A stretch of 64,000 nt of DNA from Epiperipatus broadwayi. Taxonomy: Eukaryota; Animalia; Onychophora. The DNA lies in the NCBI GenBank assembly GCA_028023455.1, contig JAQFVV010000005.1:9610001-9674000 (forward strand). The letters are read 5' to 3'. Shown piece by piece: positions 39,979 through 53,944 of this stretch. The stretch's first letter is position 1. Every line of letters starts with the position of its first letter. The notes below the pieces were generated by a model that did no database searches, was not told where the DNA came from, and saw nothing but the letters and a program-made list of their open reading frames with translations. A program made the translations under genes and the position numbers.

Positions 39979-41765
39979 AAGCTTTTGTTTACATAAACCG
40001 CTGAGAGAGACAGAATTCAATATCTCTTTTGTTATCTCCAACCACCAGACCATGCTTACATTTAACTAACTATAACTAATAAACAATAGCTCAAATAACT
40101 ATATTTTTCTTGTTAATCAGTCAATTAATTTTAGAACATTCTGCATAATAATTTTAAAATAGATTACCATTCTTTGGGATTTTAATAAATATAAAATATG
40201 CAACTATAAAATTATTAAACAGTTTATGATATCAATAAACAAATATGAAAATCAAATTAATTTAAACAACATAAATTATATATTTTTATACTAAAATAAT
40301 AAAAAAATAATAGGATACTTATTTAATATCTTCTAAATATGAAAATAAGATCTAACAAAGTGTGTATATCTCCTAGATGTACAATATCATTAAGGAAGGT
40401 TGTTTAAAATAAGCAAAAATTTGCTTTAATAAAATTCACTATAACTAATTAATATATTTTATTTAATCTTTTCATATCTACAGAATAACTACATTGACTT
40501 TTAATTAATATTTGTTAACATAGACATCATATTATTTTAATAGTTACTTTTATTTGCTATATTCTTACTTCAGCATATTAAAATGTAATTTATCATTGTT
40601 ATTAACATTAACATAATTTGTATTTTGTTTATCAACTGTTATGAAAATTTTCTTCTATATAAAAGCATAACTTTAATAGAAAGAAGAATGACATTTGCAT
40701 TGTGTAAATATATTTTGATCTGTATTTAAATGAATGAATAATGAATATATGTATGCCATTTATTAATGGTGTATATATTTTCTATATCATCTATTAATTT
40801 ATATGTGTATATACTGTAACAGAATTAATATGTGAGCCATGAAAGAATGGTCCTAGTTTAATCACCCTGAAAATTGCTGCACCATTTGTAATAGAATAAA
40901 AATGGGGATATGCTCTTCTTTTAATGTCTCAGATTTGGAAGCAATTTATAACTGGATAGCGTAAGCTTGTGTTTAAGACCTGTAGAGGTCCCTACCTTCG
41001 AATTTTTCAGACGCTTATTCCTAAGGTTACAGCCTTAGTAAATATTACTTATAATGACTATGGGAAATAAAAACCTTAATACAATCTGAATAAAAATATA
41101 TTCCAATCATAGGATATCATTTGCAACTGAACAAAAATATATTCTGAAATTGAATGCCATTTACAATGGAATAAAATTATGGGTCATACTGAATACTGAG
41201 TGATAGCTTAAGTATTGGTCATCATTTGTAACCGAATAAAAATATGAACCAAGGAATTCTTCCTAATTTAATAAATTGTAGCTTCATTTGTAACAAAATG
41301 AATATAATAAACTAAGCTAAAGTGAATATCAATCAGTGAATAACAATCTAACACTTAAGTTAAAAAAACAATAATAATAATCTTTGTTATAAACTCATGA
41401 ATTCAAATAGTATTTAGAATGAATAGAAAACAAGCAAAATGAATATTTCACAATAGGTTAAAGATAAAACAATAAAACTAAATATCATTATCTTATAAAA
41501 TATGATCTGCTTATAATATAATAAAAATAATTACAAAGGATTACATAGATATACTTTAATATTCCTCATGAATTAACACACTGTTTATAATAATATAAAC
41601 TTGTATCAAAAGTCAAACATTATTTATATTTTATTTAAACAAAATAATTCATGGATCGATGAAATCATAATTTTAATATCTACAAATTTATAACAATGAT
41701 ATCTAACTAAATATATAGATTTCTAATTACAACTAAATAAAATGAAATGTAATACTAACTCAGTT

Positions 41766-41814
41766 ATACTATTCCATTAATATCAATATACTATTCCATT
41801 AATATCAATATACT
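41766..41814. repeat. 22-bp tandem duplication
   Basis: TATACTATTCCATTAATATCAA x2 plus a partial third copy. Confidence 0.9.
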
Positions 41815-42335
41815 CTTATTAACTAAGTCAATTATAATAGGATTAAATACCTAATAATAATAAATCAATTAACCTAACATCTTTCCACTTTCACCTACTT
41901 AAAATATAAAATAAAACTATTCTATTAAATAAATTTAAGATTTTCAATATCCAGTCATAACAATATATAAAATAAATGATAGATTCCTATTTGATGCTTA
42001 CTGAAACACAATTGACAAATCATATCCAATTACTCTTCAGTTTAATAAAGCTAAGTTATTAAAACTTTAGATTATAACTATCAAGCATATGAAAGATTGT
42101 TAGATTCATTATAATTAAATATTAATATTTAAAATAAATTTACGATCCAAACTAATGCACTTTACATATAATTAAAACAAACCACTAATTTGTAAGAGAA
42201 TAAAATATATTACTATTACCAGCTCTATAACTGAATAAGATTATAATCTTTATGGCTGTATATTGACTTAATACAATATTCACTTGAATCAATAATGATT
42301 TAAATTAAAATATGTGAACATTTAATTGCAATTAC

Positions 42336-42406
42336 CTTTACTCTCATTTTCAATGGTTATCATATTAATACCTTTATCAATCATCAAATCAATTAATATA
42401 TAATTT
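42336..42406 (-). other. Candidate internal exon, unidentified gene
   Basis: tttatag acceptor and gtaatt donor; open frame NYILIDLMIDKGINMITIENESK. Confidence 0.3.
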
Positions 42407-45400
42407 CTATAAATTAAAATCAAAAATATACATATAGCAAATAAACATTTATGCTTTATGCTATAGGTTTTCAGTTGACATTAATTTCATATTTAAATGG
42501 GTGATTGCACATCAATCACCTATTGGATACTAAATAAAACACGTTTATGTAACACAAATGTTGTAGAATATTTACACTTTCCTAAACATATGAGTTTGAT
42601 ATATTTTCTTTTTGTACTTCCTATAAGAATATAGTTAATCAATATATATATATATATACGAATCTACTTATTTGTTAATATAAATTTAAAAGAACAGAAT
42701 AAAATAAATACTTATTATGATACAATCCTTTTGAACTCCTAATATAAGTGACTGAAGTTAGTTTGTAATGAATAAATAAAGACAAATGAATATATTAAAT
42801 TAAAATAATAATTACTATGGTGCAAAATACAAATTCAACCTTAGGAAAACATAATTCTTATATTTAGGTATATAAATAGATCATTACTTAACCTAAAATT
42901 ATACTAGTATTTATACCATTAAATATACATTTTAAATGAAGAGAAAAAAAAATTGCAATAATAATGATAAATATAAACAAATGACTTGAATAATAGTCTT
43001 TAAATATGGCATTTCCAAAATAATACCATAATTTTAATGTCTATTTCTTAAACCATAATCCTACCATGTTTAATTCTTCCAGAAAAGGTATAAATATCAC
43101 AAACACTATAAGATTTGAAGCACAATTTATACATTCCAGTATTTCCCAAATATCCTAATCTTTCATTTAGCAGATATTTGATCTATATAATGTTATAAGT
43201 GTGCAAACATTAATTTATATCCATGACAATGCAATGTAGGTGTTCTTTAATTTAGCAAGTAATTAATTCATAAAATATAAGTGAACAGATGCTAGTTTCA
43301 TCCATGATAATACTATGAAAATTAAATCAATTTTATCTTGTGTATAAATAATACATCAAACTCATAAAATTATATTAACAGGTGAACATTATCTTTGCGT
43401 ACATTTTTCTGTTGTTAGCATTTAGACTTCATCATTGAAAAGTAGGTAATATCCGTTTTTTAAAGCAAAGAAACATCATGATTTTTAAAAATGCTAAGAA
43501 TTCATTTTCAATAAATTGTCACTTCTCACAAATTTGACAATCCTATCAAGCCAACAGATGAACATTATTGCTTTCACTCCATCATTCTAACCATTTTATA
43601 ATCATATTTTTTTACAAATAAGCAAAAAAAAAGTTACAAGAAGGAACTTAGATTCGCTTCTATTGAAACCAAGATGAAAGAATTGTTTAATCTGCATAAT
43701 TCTATTTATAAACTTTTCCACTGATGTAAGAGAAACCATAGCAACACTGTATTAATGCTTTGGTCATTTCTAGCCAGCGTCTCATAAATCAAAATCTTAT
43801 AACATAAAATAATGACAATGAAAAAAAATTCATTATTATTATATATAATAAACATTTATGTTTCTAAATTAAAACTCATTCTTTCATACTACAATGGAAA
43901 TCTTTTTTTTTATATGTCTTTCAAATATAATATATAAATAAAACAACAAATATAATGTAGACATTAAATATTCAGGTGTATTCTTTATAAGCTACTATTG
44001 TTAACACAGAAATGAAAATTATCTACACATTTATTTTTAAAATGAATAAAGTCGATTCACAATTTTTACAAACTACGATTAATAATAAACATTTCTTTCT
44101 CTAATATTATATCTTAGTCATAGCAACATAGTCCAATGCAGTCCAGGCTAATATATTTACCATTAAAGTCAAACAAGAGAAAATAAAATTTTATGACTAT
44201 CATTCCATCACATACAAAATTTATTTCAAATTTCAGTAAGTACAACATCCTCTCTCTACCAACAATTTTTTTTTAAAACTAATAACAGTAACTTTACTAT
44301 ACTTTTAATGTACACAATGAACCATTTTCATCAAATATATACCAATGTCTATTCCTCCTTTTTTTTTTAATCGTTAATCCTGTATTCTCATTAAAATGAG
44401 GCAAAACTTATTCATTCTTTTATTCCCATCATCTTTACCTATTTCTATTACTTTATTGTATATCTCTAATAAATAACATATGAAAATATCATTATTAACA
44501 AAGAATTAGCACACCTAGTGTTCTGTTATTTCACTTCTATCATTTTTTTAATTGTACCTAAACTAATAAACACATATCAAACTTTTTATAAAAAAGATAA
44601 GACTCATAGCAATGTAAAATATGTCATTGACATAATTATTCACTTAAATCTCAGTTGCATTCCATCTTTGTATTATTGTTAACTATGAATCTAGTTTGTA
44701 AAACCCATAATCTGTTTCTAAAAATATTTTTTCAAGCCTCAACTAAATTATAATGGAACATAAACACATTGTTTCTTCTGCTAAAATAAAACTTCTATAA
44801 AATGCTATAAATCTCACACAATACAAATTGAACTGTGCAGTTTTCAGTAAGTTCAAAACCATAAAATAACCAATAATTAATTTTCTGCATCTTGCAATAT
44901 CCAAAAAAGTGAATAAAATAAATATAATTATTGCATTACAAAACAGTTAACTATAAATCTCATTACTGAAGTGCAGCAAGAGACATTAAGCATTGCCCAA
45001 TGAATGAAATTTATTCATAAAAATGTGTATACAATAATTCCCAACTACAATTTTAAAATATTGAAACCTGCAAAGAAATTTTTTGGTTATCCTAATAAAA
45101 TTTTAGAATTAATAACTTTTGAAAATAAAACTTTCAGTCTTGAAAATTAACAATTTCTAAAATCAAAGTAACAAAAAGCAGTATATCCATTGGCCTTACA
45201 AATAAAGAATATTCCTCATCAGCATTTGACATACTTAGAAACAATATATGAATGAGTTATTTTTATTCAGTTCTAGTCAATCTAATGTAATAATTCATAA
45301 TGTTCGGAAGCTACTCATTAACCTTATCCTTAAGAAAAAGTGGAGAAATCAGGAGGGCTCTTATACATAATTATATAAATTTTCTACTAACTTTTATCTT

Positions 45401-46459
45401 CAACAGAGTAGCTAGATGGTAATAACATCACTTAATATTCAATATACATGAATCTGAAGATCCAGATTGGATTCCCATGCTGGTACTGTCACTGAACAGT
45501 TCACAAAAATCTGAAGAGAATAATAATACCAAAATATATATTAACCTGTAAGCTAATTCTAACAGTTGAAAGTACTGGAATAATATTTGAATTTTCCTAA
45601 AGACATTAACTATTAATATTAAACAATATAAATAGTCCAGTCTGTAATACTACCAAAGTCTAATAAGTACAAATTTTCACATAAACATTGATAACCAAAG
45701 AATTTTAAAACTATGGTAAAACTTTTCAGAAAATTATGGCACACTCATAGAATAAAAAGCATTATTATATCAATTTTTGTTATATATTTAATGCAACAAT
45801 ATTAAAGCTAAATACATAGATTTACTCACATCCAAGTGTGTTATATTCGCCAAAAACATATAAAAAATATTTATTCATTTAATAATTAAGTATAGAAAAT
45901 ATTTTTAAGCATAGTATCAACTTTAGCTTTTTGACATCCGGTATGCTGGTTGTACCACCCCTCACTGGAAGTTTACATTTTAAACTGAGCTCACACAGAA
46001 TCAGTACATCTGACATACTTCTTAAATCATTCAATCCGCCATTTTAGTATATTTTTAACGATATAAATTTTTTTCTATGATGAAATTTACACTTATTATG
46101 ATTTTTTTTTTTGAAAAAGCAATTTTTAATCTTTTTTTTTTCTCTCTTTTTTTTAAGATTTAACATTCGTAAAATGGTTTTACGGTTGAAATGGACTCAC
46201 TTGCTGAGATTATACAATTCCCTATGTATACATTCGAGAGCCTTCTCTTTGTTTAAACAGATTTTTTTTTTTTAAATACTATTTTCATTTTTTTTTAGAT
46301 TTAGAATTCATAAAAATGTATGGACTCTCATGGGTTGCTTCGATTGCCACTTATGTATTATAAGCCTTATTCTTTGTAGAAGCTAATTTTAGTAATAATT
46401 CATATCTAGAAACTGCATTGATCAAAAAAAAAACATTAGTGAAGTCATTTTATTTGCAG

Positions 46460-46544
46460 GTCAAGCATGGGGATTGCATCTAGATCTTCATGACCAGAGT
46501 TTGAACTTGGAATCAACATTGAGATCATGCTGGCCAGGAATTCA
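46460..46544 (+). other. Candidate exon, unidentified gene
   Basis: ttttatttgcag acceptor and gtgagt donor; only open frame is QAWGLHLDLHDQSLNLESTLRSCWPGI. Confidence 0.45.
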
Positions 46545-46801
46545 GTGAGTAGTATTTTTATTATTTGTTTTTTATTACTTATATAATGAAATATGTGTAG
46601 AAAAACAATAAATGTGCTGTAGAATTTTAGACAATTTCAATGACAATAAAAAAATGCACCCTCAGCTATCCACTATCACATATCATCTCTCACACATATA
46701 TGTAATGACTGCTCATAATAAATGTTTATTTTTATGTTTATTGATTTAGTTACAGTTTTATTCATTTTATCTTAAATAAATTTTTGTTTGACTTTTTTTA
46801 G

Positions 46802-47240
46802 TATACTTTTTACTTGAAAAGAATACATATTTTAGGTCACACCCCATTTTCAATAATATAATATATATATATTAATACATTGTAATTTACTAAAGGTCTC
46901 TTTGTGTAATATCTCATAAGCTGTTCTTGATGTTTGATATTTATTTGAGTACACTTTTTACTTGAAAAGAATATTTAGGTCACATCCCATTTTTCAATAA
47001 TATATAATAATATTATAATATAGTAATACATTACAATTTACTAAAGTTCTCTTTGCATAATATCTCATAAGCTGTTCTTACTGTTTGATATTTATTTGAG
47101 TATATTTTTTACTTGAAAAGAATGTGTATTTTAAGTCACACCCCATTTTTCAATAATATAATTAATATATAATATTATAATATAGTAATACATTACAATT
47201 TACTAAAGTTCTCTTTGCATAATATCTTGTAAACTATTCC
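46802..47240. repeat. Tandem repeat, about 3 x 150 bp
   Basis: Units begin TA(T/C)A(C/T)TTTTTACTTGAAAAGAAT at about 46802, 46950 and 47101. Confidence 0.9.
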
Positions 47241-47283
47241 TATTATTTTTTCCCCCACTAAAAACCAAGCATATTTTTAACAG

Positions 47284-47341
47284 ATACCTTGCATGGAAGG
47301 ACAGGATCTGGGATAGCTAGTAAAAATGGAAGTTACCAATT
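47284..47341 (+). other. Candidate exon followed by a U12-type donor
   Basis: tttttaacag acceptor; donor GTATCCTTT at 47342-47350. Confidence 0.35.
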
Positions 47342-49098
47342 GTATCCTTTTTGTAATTTTAACATTTAATTTTCAAAATTTAGAATTTGTGAACTAATGT
47401 AAAAATAAACATTTTTAAACATATTAAAAATATTTTTTTTCTTGATTTTTTTTAAAGTAATGACTATTTTATCAGCTGCATTACATTCTTTCATATTTGC
47501 TCTTTATAACATGTACATATTTTTATATTTATTGCATTCAAATATAAGATATACTGTAAATTATATTAATTGTAATTTTCTTTTAAAATTCAAAATGGCG
47601 TCCTGGATGTGAAAGAGTCTTAAACTGCATTTTCTTTAGTAATAAATATATAAATTATGTTTCTTTTATTCAACATTTATGACAACAGCATTTTTATCAT
47701 TAAACCCTTAAATTTTATATATACAAGCTTAACATATATTTTAACTCTTTAGGTAAATACTGCTGTACATTTTTCATCTTGCCCAGGCTTTTCTCATGAG
47801 CATTTGTTTTAATTGCAAATAAACTATCAATACCGATATCTTCTTAAGAATATACATAACTTAGTTTTAGATTTACTCAATAGATTAAATTGAAAATGTA
47901 TTAAAAATATTTTTTCTTAAAATTAAATGGTGATCATTTACTTGATCAATTACGAGGGGACAGGGGGACATTGGCTATTGTTAAAAGACAAGTGATAATT
48001 TTTTTTATATATTTTTGCATCAAAATCAAATCAAATGATAAAATAATTATTTTTTTAAAAAAAAAAGACATTTTAAATGCTTTTATTTTTAAGTACTCAT
48101 ATATTTTATTTCATAATTTGAGATGTTTGTAACTATAGTTTTTAAATCCTTATATATCATATACATATTTTTAAAAAATTGCATTTTTTTTTTTTGAAGT
48201 AAAATAAAAATACAATGGGAAATATATGTTTAAATAAATATAATAAACAAATGTAAAATAAATAATACAGTAACAAGGAAACAACTAAAGATAAAATGGA
48301 TCACTTTTTTCAATTTCTGAATATGTAATTTAAAACAATTATTAAAAAAAAAAACATTTTGTAAACCCAAAACCTAAGCACATAGAGGGTTTCTAAAAAA
48401 TTGCTGTAATCCATAGCATAAAAATCCTAGGCACATAGAGGATTTGTTATTTTTTGTGTTATATGCATGTGTAAATTAGAATAACACCTTATTAATTTCT
48501 GAATTCACCTTTATTTTGATCATATTGAGTCAATCAATTTATGACTTTAAACTAATACCTAAAATTATTACTTTTTATAGTTCATAATTATTTTGCATAA
48601 ATATGAAACCTTCTCTCTTGGTTTTTAACACTAAACTGAATTTTATTTATATCTAATATTTATACTTTTGTATTCTTATAATTATCTTAGACTTTTATAT
48701 ATAAAGTACACTCTGTAAATAACCCAATGCAAACCAAAGGCCTTTGCAAAGAAATAGGAAGACAAAATTTGAGACAAATCAAATATTAATTGTTTTATAT
48801 GTGCATATTTAAAACTCAAGAAATTGCATAATTAGATAAAATAAATGATAAGCGTTACAGGATTTACATTTTTATATTTAGAATCAAAGAAATAGCATAA
48901 TTAGAGATTAATTAAAAGATAAAGAAGAATTATAATTAGTTATACTGGAAAGTGATTAATTAAAAGATAAAAAATAATTATAATTAGTTATATTCTAGAA
49001 CATTCCACATTCCATGGAAATATATAAAAACTCAAAGATAAGGAAAATTGATGTCTTTTTACATACACTCGCATCGTGAGAGCTGCTCGTGTTAGAGA

Positions 49099-50700
49099 AG
49101 ATAATTATAACTGAATGTAATGAGGACTATGGAGTAACCCAATGAACTTCACCACTAAAGGTAGTACCAAAGTGGACCTAAGGACTGTACAGACCACATT
49201 GGCTTTTATTATAATTTATGTATGCCTTGGCATTCATAAGTAATATATATAAATTGTAAATATATTAAGCTTGTTAGTAATCTTTACTATTAGTAACTTG
49301 CCACAAATAAAATCAATATTTAGTTATAAAACCTTGTTGCCAAATTGCTTTTATTCCTGTTGGTCTGATCACCTTACCCCCAATTATAGTATTCATGATG
49401 GCTATACCCAGCAGAAAACTGGCGCAATCTTGACAGGATAGAAATTAACTTGTAATTTTGTATCATAATATATTTTATTGTACAGTTGGAAATCATGGGG
49501 GAAAATTTTGTACTTACTAGTTTTTCGGATTAAGAATTAAGATGACGACTGTGCCGCAAATGACAATAAACGAGTTTAATGTTAATAGTCCTGTTGATTG
49601 GCCAATTTAACTCAAAAGGATTGAAAATTTTTTTTTTATTAATGGAACTGTCAGCGATCCCATTAAAGTTGCCACATTGTTATTTATGCTGGGCAACAAG
49701 TAATAGAGATCACAAATATGTTATGTAATTATGAAGAACCAGAGAAATTATAATACGAAATAGTAGTTGAAAAACTAAATAATTATTTTACTCCAAAGCC
49801 CTCTAAGCATGTAGTGTGGCTACATTTTAGAAATAGATGGCAAAATAAAAGGGAAAGCATAAGAGACTATGATCAATCATTGAGAGAACTAGCTAAGAGT
49901 TGTAATAATTGTGATGCATTAGAAGATGCTCTATTGGAAGTTACTTTGGGGTGTGTGAGACGATAGGATAAGGCAGTAGTTACTGGCCTCAAGAGACTTG
50001 TCATACAATGAAGCAATCAAAATTGGGGTAACCCATGAAATAGTGCTGGACCAATCAAGGGAATTTCAAAATTTTACTAATAATAATGAATATAGTGAGT
50101 TTATAAAAAAAAACTGAAAATAAATATCAGTTCCCTAAGAGTAAGCCAAAGGAAATTGTTTGCTATTGTGCAAAAAAAGGCCATGTGACAAGTAAATGTA
50201 GATTTAACAAAGAGCATTGTAGAGCTTGTGGAAAAGTAGGTTATTTAGAGAAAGCGTGTAGGTCGAATGGGGAAAAAGATCATAGTGTATCGCCCACTTT
50301 TCCAAAGGGAAACAAGCAGAAATATGAAATCTACAATACCGAGGGTGCTCATTGCAACAAATATATGATGCCAGTGAAATTATTAAGTACGAGTTTGAAA
50401 ATGGAAATTGACAGCGGATCAGGGGTATCGATGATAGTCAGACTGGAAAATGCTAACAAATTGCATGAATCCCCCTACATTAATGAGAATTATGAGATTA
50501 GGAAAAGTAGAAGTAAAGGTAGGAATCAAAAAAAAGAGCCTGTACGTTACCATTATATATAGTACAAGGTAGTCTGAACCCTATTATAGGTAGGGAATGG
50601 TTTGATGCCATGGGAATAGAAATATGTACGGTGAATAAGACCACTATCGAGGAAGAAATTAAAAATAAATACAAAAGTTTAGTTAATAATACGGAAAGCT
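49099..50700 (+). mobile_element. Ty3/gypsy LTR-retrotransposon relic: LTR/PBS, gag, protease
   Basis: PBS-like AACTGGCG at about 49417. Gag …DWPI*LKRIENFF…YFTPKPS…ESIRDY…LRELAKSC. Two zinc knuckles (CYCAKKGHVTSKC, CRACGKVGYLEKAC). Protease MEIDSGSGVSMI and IIGREW. Confidence 0.85.
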
Positions 50701-50968
50701 AATTCAATATTAATGAGAATTTAAGGTTTCATTCTTTGTTTCTCCTTTATACCAATTTATCTTTTACAAACAAGACAATACTTAATGTAAATAATACCTA
50801 ACACAAGACTTTCAAGAGTTCTTTTACATGAGTTAGAATTACACAACATGTCTTGATTTAACCACTTCATTTATAAAATTGTGTCTTAATCTAAGAAAAT
50901 ATTTTCTTATCACAAATGTATCTATTTTAAGCATTTGAATTGATGATGCAATTTGAAACTTGAAGCAA

Positions 50969-52800
50969 ATTTATTATTAATAATGGCTCATATCAACACA
51001 ATAAAAACAAGATGCACATGTTCAAGGTTAATTGGGTGTGTTTTTTAAATTATGTATATAGATTTGCAGATATTGAAGAAACATTTTTATTTTTATTATA
51101 ATTCTGATAAAGAGAAAAATATCTAAAAATTGAAAAGAGTATTAAAAATAAATTATAATTATGTGATTAATTAATTACTCAAAGAGAATTTATAGAACTT
51201 TGAAGTAACACTCAAATGTATTTCAATCATTTGGGTTTATTTTATATTTTGCAATCTAGCTAAATCTTGTATGATAACCAGTTACATAAATTAATTTATT
51301 AAAGTTTATTCTCAAGACGACATTATCCATTATGTATGAGGATTTATGATTTGATGAATTATTTGATATGCAGGTAGAGAAGAAAACTCTGGAGAATAAA
51401 TTATAAACCCTTTTCGAATAATTGTTTAATTGAATGCAAATTAAAGCTGTAGAAAAAAGATTAATTTTATTTAAAATATGAAAATATGGCTGCTGTAATT
51501 AAACTAAAATCTATAAATAATGTAACAAATTGTTAAAGCATGTATGCATTAAAAATTTCACAATGAAAGATATTACAGTTATCATTACAAATCTTTATCC
51601 TTTCAGATTCTTTTTATCTAACTCCACATTAATTTCACTTCTTTTGAATTATTTATTGTTATTTTTGTTCTTTATTAGATTAAAAGAAATGTAAAATAAT
51701 TCATTTTCTAACTATTTATATATCCACATTCATCAACTATTCATAGCAAGTTTTATTAACTGCATTAGCATTCACAAAATGTTTATTTAAAAAAATTTTT
51801 AAATTTAAGATTGATTAATTATCATCAAGTGAATCGTATAAGAATCGCAAGTGAATCATGATTAGTGAAGTGATTAGCTTCATGATTTATTATTAATAAT
51901 GGCTCATATCAACACAATAAAAACAAGATGCACATGTTCAAGGTTAATTGGGTGTGTTTTTTAAATTATGTATATAGATTTGCAGATATTGAAGAAACAT
52001 TTTTATTTTTATTATAATTCTGATAAAGAGAAAAATATCTAAAAATTGAAAAGAGTATTAAAAATAAATTATAATTATGTGATTAATTAATTACTCAAAG
52101 AGAATTTATAGAACTTTGAAGTAACACTCAAATGTATTTCAATCATTTGGGTTTATTTTATATTTTGCAATCTAGCTAAATCTTGTATGATAACCAGTTA
52201 CATAAATTAATTTATTAAAGTTTATTCTCAAGACGACATTATCCATTATGTATGAGGATTTATGATTTGATGAATTATTTGATATGCAGGTAGAGAAGAA
52301 AACTCTGGAGAATAAATTATAAACCCTTTTCGAATAATTGTTTAATTGAATGCAAATTAAAGCTGTAGAAAAAAGATTAATTTTATTTAAAATATGAAAA
52401 TATGGCTGCTGTAATTAAACTAAAATCTATAAATAATGTAACAAATTGTTAAAGCATGTATGCATTAAAAATTTCACAATGAAAGATATTACAGTTATCA
52501 TTACAAATCTTTATCCTTTCAGATTCTTTTTATCTAACTCCACATTAATTTCACTTCTTTTGAATTATTTATTGTTATTTTTGTTCTTTATTAGATTAAA
52601 AGAAATGTAAAATAATTCATTTTCTAACTATTTATATATCCACATTCATCAACTATTCATAGCAAGTTTTATTAACTGCATTAGCATTCACAAAATGTTT
52701 ATTTAAAAAAATTTTTAAATTTAAGATTGATTAATTATCACCAAGTGAATCGTATAAGAATCGCAAGTGAATCATGATTAGTGAAGTGATTAGCTTCATG
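50969..52800. repeat. Near-perfect 916-bp tandem duplication
   Basis: Copies 50969-51884 and 51885-52800 with ATTT junction microhomology; one substitution noticed. Confidence 0.95.
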
Positions 52801-53944
52801 ATTTTCCAACATACTCTTTTCTATATCTTTATAATCACACAAATGACACCTAAATGTTTTGCTGTTAATTTGATATTTCTTTTGTTTGATCAAAATACTT
52901 TGAGTTCTTAAGTTACACAAAGATTGAGGAAAAACTTTTTCTCCTGTATGGGATAATTTCTTATTAGACTTGCAATCATAAAAGTTGAAGGGTTTTCCAG
53001 TAATGTGAGTTCTTTCATGTATTGTTAGAATACTTTTTTGAGCAGCACTATAAGCACAGAAACTGCAATGAAAAGGTTTTTCACCACTATGAGTTCTTTT
53101 ATGTATTAATAAACTTTTCCCCCTAGCAACTTTATAATCACACGAGTTACATTTGAAAGGTTTTACTCCTGTACGAGTGCTTTTGTGTATTATTAAATGA
53201 CTTTTTGCAGTACTTTTATAATCACAAAATTGCAATGAAAAGGTTTTTCTCCTCTATGGATCATTTCGTGTGTTTTTAAATTACTTTTTCCAGCAGACTT
53301 GTAATCACAAAAACGGCAGCAGAAAGGTTTTTCTCCTGTGTGAATCCGCTTATGTTTTTTTATAGCACCTTGATAAAGTTTTGTAATTACACACGCTACA
53401 GCTGAAATTTCTTTCACCTGTGTGAGCTCTTTCATGTGTTGCTAAATTAGCTTTTTCAGTTGCTTTATAATCACATACATTGCATTTGAAAGGCTTTTCA
53501 CCTGTATGAATCATTTCATGTGTTTTTATGTTTCTTTTTTCCAATAGATTTGTAATCACAAATAATGCACTGGAAAGGTTTGTCTCCTATATGAATCCGC
53601 TCATGCCTTGTAAGAACATTTTGGTAAACAGTCTTATAATCACACAAGCGGCACTGAAAAGGTTTTTCTTCTTTATGACGTCTTTCATATATTGATAAAT
53701 AAGTTTTTTTAATTGTTTTGTAATCACATAAGTTGCATTTGAAAGATTTTTGACACAAATGAATTTGTTCATGTATTTTTAATTCACATTTTACAGTTGT
53801 TTTGTAATCACATAAGTGACACTTGAAAGATTTTTCTTCTGCAATAATTGTTTGATATAGTTTGGAAGTATCTATATGAGTAATTTTGAAGTCATATAAT
53901 GGGCTCATTAGTAGTTTTTCTTCTGCATTACCTCTTTTGTCCAT
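52738..53944 (-). pseudogene. C2H2 zinc-finger array (about 11 recognisable plus 2 degenerate fingers), frameshifted
   Basis: Repeated F-x-C-x2-CDYK…H-x3-HTGEKPF spread over four overlapping ORFs (at least 3 frameshifts). Two fingers have lost a His ligand. Confidence 0.85.

Noticed and set aside
40882-41310. CRISPR-like repeat/spacer appearance (also at 62344-62530)
   Set aside because: Repeats are highly degenerate, spacers irregular, context eukaryotic, and no cas genes are present.
47289-47320. LHGRTGSGIAS resembling a P-loop
   Set aside because: It lacks the invariant Lys-Ser/Thr, and the frame is incompatible with the preceding candidate exon.
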